From NCBI RefSeq assembly GCF_988242995.1, contig NZ_OZ547043.1: DNA of 64,000 nt. One strand, given 5' to 3'. The notes under the pieces were generated by a model. The model saw nothing but the letters and a program-made list of their open reading frames with translations, did not search any database and had not been told where the DNA came from. The position numbers were made by a program, and so were the translations under genes. Each line of letters opens with the position of its first letter. The stretch's first letter is position 1. Of this stretch, positions 9,801 to 20,057 are shown piece by piece.

Positions 9801-10993
9801 ATGCAGGTAGCCCAGTTCAACTCTCACTACCAGTATGATCCCAAGTTCGAGCGCGGAATGTATCTGTATGAGCATCGTCGCTGTTTCAATAACATCATCG
9901 ACTACTGTAACTCACTTTGCTATCACGGTAAGTTGCAGCCTAAAAGAGGGATGGAAAAAGGACGATTTTCCCCGCAATGGGATATTTACATATTGATGGT
10001 AGAGGCATGAAGCCAAATGGAGGGAGCCGTCATAACCCTCTTGAAGCTGAAACAATAGCAGCATGGCTGGTGGCACATAAGGATGATATAGAGCGCCATT
10101 ACGGGGAACCACTGTACAAAGTTGTTGGTGTTGTGACGCCATTTTCGGCGCAGGTTAATGCTATCAAAATGTCATTGCGTAAGCTGGAAATTAATGGCAA
10201 AGACGAGCAGGGTTTACTGACAGTGGGGACTGTGCACTCCTTGCAGGGGGCGGAAAGGGCGATTGTTCTCTTTTCTCCTGTCTACTCAAAACATGAAGAT
10301 GGCAGGTTTCTTGATAGCAACAGCACTATCCTCAATGTTGCTGTCTCACGCGCTAAAGATAGTTTTCTGGTATTTGGCGATATGGACCTTATCGAGATGC
10401 AGCCCGCATTTTCGCCGCGAGGGTTATTGGCAAAATATCTCTTTTCTTCAGATAATAATGCGTTGCAATTTGAGTTTCAGAAACGACAGGATTTAATTTC
10501 CGCACATACACAAATTTCAACGCTGCATGGTGTGGAGCAGCATGATGAATTTTTGAACAAGACTCTTGCCGGAGCTCAAAAGAAAATAACGATTATTTCC
10601 CCTTGGTTATCCTGGCAAAAAGTGGAGCAAACGGGATTTCTGGCATCAATGGCTTTGGCCCGTTCCCGGGGCATTGATATTACCGTGGTGACGGATAAAA
10701 ACTGCAATATAGCGCATGTCGATGATGATAAGCGTCAGGAGAAACAACATCTGCTGAATGATGCTGTTGAAAAGCTCAATAAGATGGGTATCGCTACGAA
10801 ATTGGTTAATCGTGTTCACAGCAAAATTGTGATTGAGGATGAAGAACTGCTGTGTGTCGGATCTTTTAACTGGTTCAGTGCTACACGGGAAGATAAGTAT
10901 CAACGATACGATACGTCTTTGGTGTACCGTGGTGAAGGCGTAAAAAATGAAATAAAGGCAATATATGGTAGTCTGGATCAACGTCAGCTTTAA
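9801..10993 (+). pseudogene. yjhR: remnant of SF1 helicase (C-terminal lobe) fused to PLD-family nuclease domain; frameshifted and 5'-truncated
   Basis: Two consecutive frames (9801-10010 and 9977-10993). Helicase motifs V/VI ([28 protein letters not shown]) and an HxKxxxxD motif (HSKIVIED at about 10816-10839). No room upstream for a Walker-A lobe. Confidence 0.65.
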
Positions 10994-11575
10994 ATGTGAT
11001 GAGCCGTTCATGATACAGGAGTAGTAAAGGGCATATTTTACCAATGTTAAGGCGACTTTCCGTTTTATTGCGAGTCGCCTTTCCTGATTATAAATCTTAT
11101 TGTTTACCTAATCATTTTCCTTTGCATAATGCGCCTGGGATTAATGGCGGGTGCTTTTAGGAATGAAAGAAAATGCAAGCAATAATATAATAATGGCCTA
11201 ATTTCTTTGAACATCATTAAGCATATCATCATCGTCTATTTGCCAGAATCCGTCGACTTATAATCGCCAGAACGGCATATCAGGACGGTGCTGCGAACGC
11301 TGTGGCCCAAAACGTTCCAGTAAACTGTGTAGATGTTCGTAGATTTCCGAGCCATAATCGAAAAGGCGCGGATGTCTATTAAGGCATCCGGCTAATCTGT
11401 AAGCAATAACAACGGTTTATGCGGTACGCGTTTTTCACCCTTGTGCCAGATTATTATATTGGCAATTGCCTGCTGTTCGAGCCCGCAAGTGAAGAGATAT
11501 TACCTTGATCTCATTTGTTTTTTGTTGTCTACTCTGAGAACGAACAAGGACATCCCCCATGAATAAACTCCCCGC

Positions 11576-12556
11576 TCACCTTTCGCGCCAAAACTGCAAA
11601 ATTGCTTCTACAAATCTGTCAGAAATAATCCCCCGACGGGCTGCAGTGCTGAAATGACTGCTTCGCAGTGCCGTCGTCCAGTTCTCCGGTGACCGGTACG
11701 CTGAACCGTAATATCCCGTGCTTAAATCGTCCGGGTCTTCATCAGGCGCGTTCGTCAGTCCTCTTTCACCTTGTTGCTGGAAGTCGACGAAAATAATATT
11801 GGCTAAAACATTATTTTGATAATTGCCATAAATAGCTTCATACGAATGCGGGAAATTTTCTTTCCAGTACCAGGTGGTATCGCCGCAAAACCACGGCGCG
11901 TCAGTAATATTATTAAGCTGAGAATGGTATTGTTTTAGATCCCTACGAAAGGCTTCAACCATATGATTAAAGTGTTGAGGGTGTGACGCGTAGTCACTGG
12001 TCATTAAGTCAAATTCGCCTTGCATCCAGCATGCGCCGAGGAATTTGTTCTGCGGATTTTTTGCCAGTGCGGCTCGCGTTCTGCTGACTAAATCCTGGTA
12101 CAGCGGAGTATCCGTTCCCCAACGACAAGCATCATGGCTGGCTCCGTGCCGTTCTGAATATGTCCCTTCGCTGCCCGCGGTAAAAGCCGATCCGCCACGG
12201 CAACACGGAACGATAAGAATCCCTGCATTATCAGGAATGAAGGGCAGTAATTTCCGTGCAATATGCAGTGCCTGGCCAACGGTGCCGTACTGTGTTTGAT
12301 GATTCGTTGCCAGAGGATGGTGATAACCCTGCATATCCTGAACATCGTGTGGGCAGTGAGTCAGTGGAATAATGTCGTTAAAGTGACATGGCGGGCCTCC
12401 GGGATGCGTATGCGCAAATCTCGCTAATTGTTTAATTCTGGGATGAGGCGCATCTTCCCTGTCCGGTAATGGCAGTCCTTCGCCATACGCCATGGCATTA
12501 GACTGACCAGCAACGGTAAGAACATAGTAATAATCGGGCGATATTATTGCGTTCAT
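11576..12556 (-). CDS. nanS: 9-O-acetyl-N-acetylneuraminate esterase
   Basis: 335-aa ORF; start placed at MNAIISPDYYY... for about 326 aa; recognised as NanS/YjhS. Confidence 0.8.
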   Translation of the reverse strand: MNAIISPDYYYVLTVAGQSNAMAYGEGLPLPDREDAPHPRIKQLARFAHTHPGGPPCHFNDIIPLTHCPHDVQDMQGYHHPLATNHQTQYGTVGQALHIARKLLPFIPDNAGILIVPCCRGGSAFTAGSEGTYSERHGASHDACRWGTDTPLYQDLVSRTRAALAKNPQNKFLGACWMQGEFDLMTSDYASHPQHFNHMVEAFRRDLKQYHSQLNNITDAPWFCGDTTWYWKENFPHSYEAIYGNYQNNVLANIIFVDFQQQGERGLTNAPDEDPDDLSTGYYGSAYRSPENWTTALRSSHFSTAARRGIISDRFVEAILQFWRER

Positions 12557-12620
12557 ATAAATTTCGCGTAATTGAAATGACAAATTGATAGCAGGGCCCC
12601 TTTACCGGGGCCCTGAAGCG

Positions 12621-13727
12621 TTAGTTTTGTACTGTGACTTTATTATCCTTCACAGTGATCAAAACTGAATCCGTCACCGCTTTGCCGCCTGCAGTTTCAC
12701 CGCCAATAATCAATAGACTATTATTCCAGGGCAATGATACTCCGTAGGCCCGACCTTGCGATAATTCACCCGATTTATCCCATTTCCCGTTATGCCAAAG
12801 ATGAATATCAGTGCTATATGATTTTTTCAGGCCTTCATGCGCATAGTTCTTACCGTTCTGGTAATTTTCTCGTGAACCTTTGAATCCGGCCCCTCCGGCA
12901 AATATAAGAGAATCATTGCTTATCCCCGCAAAACCGCCAGCTACGCCATCTGGTGATGAGACGGGAGCAAGCTTATTCCATTTTAAATTATTACCGGTGA
13001 AATCAAGTTCAAATACGGCATCCGTTCGCAATCCTGGTTTGGCTTCGCCATTAATAAGCCAGGTTTTATCACCTTTATTCACAACCGCCGCACCAGCCGT
13101 TCCGTACCAGGGCGATTCGCCAGCGTAACTCCATTGCTGTGTTGAGGGATCAAAAGACAACAGAAACTTATTGAAGAAATAATCTTCTGCTTTTTTGTCA
13201 AAATAGTGAGCATTGATTTTATCTATAGCGGTTGAATCTTTTCCAGCCTCGTTGAGATCTTCAAAATAGCCATTGAAGATATTCTGGTTAACACCACCAG
13301 TAACATAAGCCTTGCCGTTGTGTACAAAAGTCACATGGCCCGCCATGCCCATCGGCGCGTGCGACATCAATTTAACCCAACTATTGGTTTTGGGGTTGTA
13401 TTTGTGTACGTCATTAAATACCTGAGTCAAGCCCTCGCTGTTTTTGCCAATGCCGCCAAACACATACAGATTGCCATCAATAAATGCAGAGGTTGCTTGA
13501 TCTCTTGGTCCGCCAGGGAATGCAGCTAACGCTGTCCATTTTTTATCTTTGGCCTGTGTATCCAGCTTGTACCATGCCGTACCTGCGCTACCTAAACCAA
13601 TGTAGACAGTGTCGTTATCAATTGCTCCGGTACCACTTTTAAATGGCACAGGAGTTTCCGGTAATACAGACGCGTTTGCGGCAAATGAAGCCATCATGAT
13701 AGCAAGCGCCGTTATTGTTTTATTCAT
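12621..13727 (-). CDS. nanM: N-acetylneuraminate epimerase (Kelch-repeat, periplasmic)
   Basis: Start at MNKTITALAIMMASFAANA (signal peptide), ATG checked at 13725-13727; 368 aa; repeated Kelch-like motifs. Confidence 0.9.
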   Translation of the reverse strand: MNKTITALAIMMASFAANASVLPETPVPFKSGTGAIDNDTVYIGLGSAGTAWYKLDTQAKDKKWTALAAFPGGPRDQATSAFIDGNLYVFGGIGKNSEGLTQVFNDVHKYNPKTNSWVKLMSHAPMGMAGHVTFVHNGKAYVTGGVNQNIFNGYFEDLNEAGKDSTAIDKINAHYFDKKAEDYFFNKFLLSFDPSTQQWSYAGESPWYGTAGAAVVNKGDKTWLINGEAKPGLRTDAVFELDFTGNNLKWNKLAPVSSPDGVAGGFAGISNDSLIFAGGAGFKGSRENYQNGKNYAHEGLKKSYSTDIHLWHNGKWDKSGELSQGRAYGVSLPWNNSLLIIGGETAGGKAVTDSVLITVKDNKVTVQN

Positions 13728-13746
13728 TGTGACTGTCTCCTGTCTA

Positions 13747-14463
13747 CTACAGTTTAAATGACACACCAATGCGATAACTGTTTTCCGATAAATTATCTCT
13801 GCCGTTGTAAACACCCTGACGGTCAAGGTAGTCATATTCTATGTATGGCGTAATATCGGGCGTCATATGGTATTGTAGAACAAATGCATTTTCCGTCGCC
13901 CATTTCTTATGGTTTGCATAGCGATAATCGTTCTGTTTGCTGTATAGCGTCGTTTGCCATGCGAAGGTGAAATCACTATTAATATGGTAAGTGACATATC
14001 CATCCCAACGATGAACGTTATCACGAGACATATCACCGGATAAGTCTTGTTGTCGGTAAGCTTTCCAGTCGTAACGATAGCGAATGCCAAAATTAAGATC
14101 TTTTGTCGCGTCCCAGGACAGTTTTACGTAGGGTCCGTAGCGTGTGCCGTTGCTGCTAAAATGCGTTAACATTCCCGGGCGCACCGTCCATTGATCATCA
14201 AGTTTAATCGCGTAATTAACTTCAACCTGAACATCATTGAGTGCGGCATTTTCCTTTTTATTATCATGAATGGTATTCCAGGTATTACTTTCCATGCTTG
14301 CCCACCATCCATTTTGCCATCCCTCACTGACTTTGAGTCGAGTCTCATAGGCGTGGCTTCCACTACGATATCCACCACGTACGTCCAGTGTCGCAGCCTG
14401 AGAAATTAATGGGGACGAAAAGCACAGTAATAATACGCCAGAAAGTATTTTAGCCTTTTTCAT
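13747..14463 (-). CDS. nanC: N-acetylneuraminic acid outer-membrane channel (KdgM family)
   Basis: 238 aa from ATG at 14461-14463 (MKKAKILSGVLLLCFSSPLISQA signal peptide); beta-barrel-like alternation; C-terminal F-x-L. Confidence 0.9.
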   Translation of the reverse strand: MKKAKILSGVLLLCFSSPLISQAATLDVRGGYRSGSHAYETRLKVSEGWQNGWWASMESNTWNTIHDNKKENAALNDVQVEVNYAIKLDDQWTVRPGMLTHFSSNGTRYGPYVKLSWDATKDLNFGIRYRYDWKAYRQQDLSGDMSRDNVHRWDGYVTYHINSDFTFAWQTTLYSKQNDYRYANHKKWATENAFVLQYHMTPDITPYIEYDYLDRQGVYNGRDNLSENSYRIGVSFKL

Positions 14464-14880
14464 AAATTTCACTCATTTGTAGGATACAGAAAGCAATACA
14501 AAGCCCGCATAAACAATTAGCATTTATGTTGTGTAATATTTTTTTGCCAGGCTTATAGTGTCTTTGGCAACCGGTAGCTGTATTTTATATTTTTTTGTAT
14601 AAGGTCTCCTGTGAAAAATCTCTTTTCACATTATTTAAATAAACAGAGATCCAGATTAAATACCTGAGTATAAAATCTCTTCTGATGTTTAATTGATTTG
14701 AATGTTCGTAAGCTATATCACTTACTCAATCCATTTTACCCAGAGTCATAAAATAGAATGTCTGTTGATCTCATTTTCATATTCCTTTCAGACTGAAGTG
14801 CGTTTTCATCACCCGATGAGAAAGAACTGAAGTGATGTTTGCCATAGATTGCGAGATGCCCTGTCTCATTGACTATCTTG

Positions 14881-14904
14881 GTGCACCTTTATACCTGTTA
14901 TACC
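14881..14904 (-). promoter_or_regulatory. NanR-type operator (GGTATA hexamer repeats) upstream of nanC
   Basis: Minus strand reads GGTATAACAGGTATAAAGGTGCAC, two perfect GGTATA repeats plus a degenerate third, in the long nanC-fimB intergenic region. Confidence 0.45.
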
Positions 14905-15918
14905 AGATCAAAAATCACGCAATCCATACAACAAAACCAGATTTGCAATTCGTGTCACAAAATATGTCGATCTTTTTCTAAGAGGAAGATGCCATGTGAA
15001 GCCAGACGAACACTTGCGGTGGTCTTCAAAAACTAAAGATCTTAGTTTAACTATTTGTTTTATAAATAATTTGTTTAGAGTCTAAACAAGGGGAGCTTTG
15101 CAAGCTAACTCAGTGAGCTTGGTGAAAATCAGTGTTTACCCGCCATCAGGCTGAGCATAATTCTCATCATGAAATATGTTTCCTGGTTTGTGGCTTGTAA
15201 CTGGTCACTTCTGAAGTCGATCTGGAGAGGCTTGTTGATGTTGGTGTTTTCAGGATGATGTTTCACTTAGTTTGTTTGCCGTATCGCCCGGCGAATGGCT
15301 GTGATTGAGGAAGGTTTAAGTCGTAGTGACCAAAGCTATATTTACCAACGAATGTAGATGAAAAAATCATCTCCTGCGTTCCCCCATATCTCCAGGATAA
15401 AAAGGAATGTAACAATCTCATGGCGTAAGCTGACGAATCAGCAGGAATAATCGCTAGGGACCTAAGAATTAGCATGATAATAGCCACTAAGAAATTACTG
15501 CGCTCCATGAAATAGCCATTTTGTGGCAAATGGAGTTGACTAATAATGTCATATGTGAGACGGCTAGTTGAACGAATATTAAATTTTGCTGAATTTTTTA
15601 TGTTGATTTTACTTGTTACAGAACATATCACATGATATATAGATAAGATTAGTTGCATTAATGATGAGGGTTATTATTAGATTCGTATCCGATTGATAAA
15701 TATATAAAGGTACATAGCATGCAAGAGCATGGCGTTTGTATGGCAACGTTATTATAATTAACAGTTGCTACTCCATTTAAGTTCACTCAGAAGAACTGGT
15801 CCACTTACGTTAGTTATTAAGCAAACGTTCGCTTTTATAAACATAATCAGGATAAAAATGTTGGATTATTGCTAACCCAGCACAGCTAGTGCGCGTCTGT
15901 AATTATAAGGGAAAAACG

Positions 15919-16521
15919 ATGAAGAATAAGGCTGATAACAAAAAAAGGAACTTCCTGACCCATAGTGAAATCGAATCACTCCTTAAAGCAGCAAATACCG
16001 GGCCTCATGCAGCACGTAATTATTGTCTGACTTTGCTTTGTTTTATTCATGGTTTCCGGGCGAGTGAAATTTGTCGATTGAGGATTTCGGATATTGATCT
16101 TAAGGCAAAGTGTATATATATCCATCGATTAAAAAAAGGCTTTTCAACAACGCACCCGCTATTGAATAAAGAAGTTCAGGCTTTAAAAAACTGGTTGAGT
16201 ATCCGTACTTCGTACCCGCATGCTGAGAGCGAGTGGGTATTTTTATCACGTAAGGGGAATCCGCTTTCTCGGCAACAGTTTTACCATATTATCTCGACTT
16301 CCGGTGGTAATGCCGGGTTGTCACTGGAGATTCATCCGCACATGTTACGCCATTCGTGTGGTTTTGCTTTGGCGAATATGGGAATAGATACGCGACTTAT
16401 CCAGGATTATCTTGGGCATCGCAATATTCGTCATACTGTCTGGTATACCGCCAGCAATGCAGGGCGTTTTTACGGCATCTGGGATAGAGCCAGAGGACGA
16501 CAGCGTCACGCTGTTTTATAG
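15919..16521 (+). CDS. fimB: tyrosine recombinase FimB (fim switch ON/OFF bidirectional)
   Basis: ATG at 15919 (MKNKADNKKRNF...), 200 aa; tyrosine-recombinase motifs (HPHMLRHS...LGHRNIRHTVWYT). Confidence 0.95.
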   Translation: MKNKADNKKRNFLTHSEIESLLKAANTGPHAARNYCLTLLCFIHGFRASEICRLRISDIDLKAKCIYIHRLKKGFSTTHPLLNKEVQALKNWLSIRTSYPHAESEWVFLSRKGNPLSRQQFYHIISTSGGNAGLSLEIHPHMLRHSCGFALANMGIDTRLIQDYLGHRNIRHTVWYTASNAGRFYGIWDRARGRQRHAVL

Positions 16522-16998
16522 AGATAGTTGAGATACCAGGGATGGTGTTAAAAACTACATTATTCTTACGATATATCAAAAATGATTAACCATTTATTAA
16601 TTGATGTTATTGTAAGTGTGATTCTTAATTATCATAATAAACATTAAGTTAACCATATCCATACAAAATACAATGGTTTATGTTCTTCAAAATAAATAAA
16701 CAAAATCATTCATAAATTTACACATCACTTAAAATCTCCTGTTTCCGCACTTTTTTCTTTATTTTTTAAGCAACTGGAAGTTAATCCACTGCAATCTATT
16801 GTTATATTGAATCAAATCAATGAAAATAGATGTTGTCACATCAGTGATATTTTATTTTTGTATGATATTTAATGTAATTGACTGATAGCCACATCACTCC
16901 GTGTGTGGTTATCTTTTTATCTATTGGGCTAATTTTGACCGATTGAGGTTTCCTATAGGTATTCATTCAAATATATCTCAGTTAGGAGTACTACTATT

Positions 16999-17595
16999 GT
17001 GAGTAAACGTCGTTATCTTACCGGTAAAGAAGTTCAGGCCATGATGCAGGCGGTTTGTTACGGGGCAACGGGAGCCAGAGATTATTGTCTTATTCTGTTG
17101 GCATATCGGCATGGGATGCGTATTAGTGAACTGCTTGATCTGCATTATCAGGACCTTGACCTTAATGAAGGTAGAATAAATATTCGCCGACTGAAGAACG
17201 GATTTTCTACCGTTCACCCGTTACGTTTTGATGAGCGTGAAGCCGTGGAACGCTGGACCCAGGAACGTGCTAACTGGAAAGGCGCTGACCGGACTGACGC
17301 TATATTTATTTCTCGCCGCGGGAGTCGGCTTTCTCGCCAGCAGGCCTATCGCATTATTCGCGATGCCGGTATTGAAGCTGGAACCGTAACGCAGACTCAT
17401 CCTCATATGTTAAGGCATGCTTGCGGTTATGAATTGGCGGAGCGTGGTGCAGATACTCGTTTAATTCAGGATTATCTCGGGCATCGAAATATTCGCCATA
17501 CTGTGCGTTATACCGCCAGTAATGCTGCTCGTTTTGCCGGATTATGGGAAAGAAATAATCTCATAAACGAAAAATTAAAAAGAGAAGAGGTTTGA
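16999..17595 (+). CDS. fimE: tyrosine recombinase FimE (ON-to-OFF)
   Basis: 198-aa paralogue of FimB with the same R...HxxR...Y catalytic motifs. Confidence 0.95.
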   Translation: MSKRRYLTGKEVQAMMQAVCYGATGARDYCLILLAYRHGMRISELLDLHYQDLDLNEGRINIRRLKNGFSTVHPLRFDEREAVERWTQERANWKGADRTDAIFISRRGSRLSRQQAYRIIRDAGIEAGTVTQTHPHMLRHACGYELAERGADTRLIQDYLGHRNIRHTVRYTASNAARFAGLWERNNLINEKLKREEV

Positions 17596-17643
17596 TTTAA
17601 CTTATTGATAATAAAGTTAAAAAAACAAATAAATACAAGACAA

Positions 17644-17957
17644 TTGGGGCCAAACTGTCCATATCATAAATAAGTTACGTATTTTTTCTCAAGCATAAAA
17701 ATATTAAAAAACGACAAAAAGCATCTAACTGTTTGATATGTAAATTATTTCTATTGTAAATTAATTTCACATCACCTCCGCTATATGTAAAGCTAACGTT
17801 TCTGTGGCTCGACGCATCTTCCTCATTCTTCTCTCCAAAAACCACCTCATGCAATATAAACATCTATAAATAAAGATAACAATAGAATATTAAGCCAACA
17901 AATAAACTGAAAAAGTTTGTCCGCGATGCTTTCCTCTATGAGTCAAAATGGCCCCAA
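17644..17957. promoter_or_regulatory. fimS: fimS invertible element (314 bp) bounded by 9-bp inverted repeats
   Basis: TTGGGGCCA at 17644-17652 and its reverse complement TGGCCCCAA at 17949-17957, between fimE and fimA. Confidence 0.85.
17663..17692 (-). promoter_or_regulatory. sigma70-like promoter inside fimS, reading toward fimE (away from fimA)
   Basis: Minus strand TTGAGA (plus 17687-17692), 18-nt spacer, TATGAT (plus 17663-17668), a few bp inside the left inverted repeat. Confidence 0.5.
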
Positions 17958-18076
17958 ATGTTTCATCTTTTGGGGGAAAACTGTGCAGTGTTGGCAGTCA
18001 AACTCGTTGACAAAACAAAGTGTACAGAACGACTGCCCATGTCGATTTAGAAATAGTTTTTTGAAAGGAAAGCAGC

Positions 18077-18625
18077 ATGAAAATTAAAACTCTGGCAATC
18101 GTTGTTCTGTCGGCTCTGTCCCTCAGTTCTACAGCGGCTCTGGCCGCTGCCACGACGGTTAATGGTGGGACCGTTCACTTTAAAGGGGAAGTTGTTAACG
18201 CCGCTTGCGCAGTTGATGCAGGCTCTGTTGATCAAACCGTTCAGTTAGGACAGGTTCGTACCGCATCGCTGGCACAGGAAGGAGCAACCAGTTCTGCTGT
18301 CGGTTTTAACATTCAGCTGAATGATTGCGATACCAATGTTGCATCTAAAGCCGCTGTTGCCTTTTTAGGTACGGCGATTGATGCGGGTCATACCAACGTT
18401 CTGGCTCTGCAGAGTTCAGCTGCGGGTAGCGCAACAAACGTTGGTGTGCAGATCCTGGACAGAACGGGTGCTGCGCTGACGCTGGATGGTGCGACATTTA
18501 GTTCAGAAACAACCCTGAATAACGGAACCAATACCATTCCGTTCCAGGCGCGTTATTTTGCAACCGGGGCCGCAACCCCGGGTGCTGCTAATGCGGATGC
18601 GACCTTCAAGGTTCAGTATCAATAA
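18077..18625 (+). CDS. fimA: type 1 fimbrial major subunit
   Basis: 182-aa ORF with signal peptide and Ala/Thr-rich pilin sequence ending in a C-terminal beta-strand (FKVQYQ). Confidence 0.95.
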
Positions 18626-18689
18626 CCTACCCAGGTTCAGGGACGTCATTACGGGCAGGGATGCCCACCCTTGTGCGATAAAAATAACG

Positions 18690-19229
18690 ATGAAAAGGAA
18701 GAGATTATTTCTATTAGCGTCGTTGCTGCCAATGTTTGCTCTGGCCGGAAATAAATGGAATACCACGTTGCCCGGCGGAAATATGCAATTTCAGGGCGTC
18801 ATTATTGCGGAAACTTGCCGGATTGAAGCCGGTGATAAACAAATGACGGTCAATATGGGGCAAATCAGCAGTAACCGGTTTCATGCGGTTGGGGAAGATA
18901 GCGCACCGGTGCCTTTTGTTATTCATTTACGGGAATGTAGCACGGTGGTGAGTGAACGTGTAGGTGTGGCGTTTCACGGTGTCGCGGATGGTAAAAATCC
19001 GGATGTGCTTTCCGTGGGAGAGGGGCCAGGGATAGCCACCAATATTGGCGTAGCGTTGTTTGATGATGAAGGAAACCTCGTACCGATTAATCGTCCTCCA
19101 GCAAACTGGAAACGGCTTTATTCAGGCTCTACTTCGCTACATTTCATCGCCAAATATCGTGCTACCGGGCGTCGGGTTACTGGCGGCATCGCCAATGCCC
19201 AGGCCTGGTTCTCTTTAACCTATCAGTAA
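18690..19229 (+). CDS. fimI: fimbrial subunit FimI
   Basis: ATG at 18690 ([19 protein letters not shown]...), 179 aa, pilin-like with C-terminal SLTYQ. Confidence 0.9.
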
Positions 19230-19265
19230 TTGTTCAGCAGATAATGTGATAACAGGAACAGGACA

Positions 19266-19991
19266 GTGAGTAATAAAAACGTCAATGTAAGGAAATCGCA
19301 GGAAATAACATTCTGCTTGCTGGCAGGTATCCTGATGTTCATGGCAATGATGGTTGCCGGACGCGCTGAAGCGGGAGTGGCCTTAGGTGCGACTCGCGTA
19401 ATTTATCCGGCAGGGCAAAAACAAGTGCAACTTGCCGTGACAAATAATGATGAAAATAGTACCTATTTAATTCAATCATGGGTGGAAAATGCCGATGGTG
19501 TAAAGGATGGTCGTTTTATCGTGACGCCTCCTCTGTTTGCGATGAAGGGAAAAAAAGAGAATACCTTACGTATTCTTGATGCAACAAATAACCAATTGCC
19601 ACAGGACCGGGAAAGTTTATTCTGGATGAACGTTAAAGCGATTCCGTCAATGGATAAATCAAAATTGACTGAGAATACGCTACAGCTCGCAATTATCAGC
19701 CGCATTAAACTGTACTATCGCCCGGCTAAATTAGCGTTGCCACCCGATCAGGCCGCAGAAAAATTAAGATTTCGTCGTAGCGCGAATTCTCTGACGCTGA
19801 TTAACCCGACACCCTATTACCTGACGGTAACAGAGTTGAATGCCGGAACCCGGGTTCTTGAAAATGCATTGGTGCCTCCAATGGGCGAAAGCACGGTTAA
19901 ATTGCCTTCTGATGCAGGAAGCAATATTACTTACCGAACAATAAATGATTATGGCGCACTTACCCCCAAAATGACGGGCGTAATGGAATAA
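19266..19991 (+). CDS. fimC: periplasmic fimbrial chaperone
   Basis: 241-aa PapD-like chaperone. Confidence 0.95.
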   Translation: MSNKNVNVRKSQEITFCLLAGILMFMAMMVAGRAEAGVALGATRVIYPAGQKQVQLAVTNNDENSTYLIQSWVENADGVKDGRFIVTPPLFAMKGKKENTLRILDATNNQLPQDRESLFWMNVKAIPSMDKSKLTENTLQLAIISRIKLYYRPAKLALPPDQAAEKLRFRRSANSLTLINPTPYYLTVTELNAGTRVLENALVPPMGESTVKLPSDAGSNITYRTINDYGALTPKMTGVME

Positions 19992-20057
19992 CGCAGGGGG
20001 AATTTTTCGCCTGAATAAAAAGAATTGACTGCCGGGTGATTTTAAGCCGGAGGAATA

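Noticed and set aside
15263-15658. 131-aa ORF in the nanC-fimB intergenic region
   Set aside because: AT-rich low-complexity translation, no RBS, lies in a known regulatory region; treated as non-coding.
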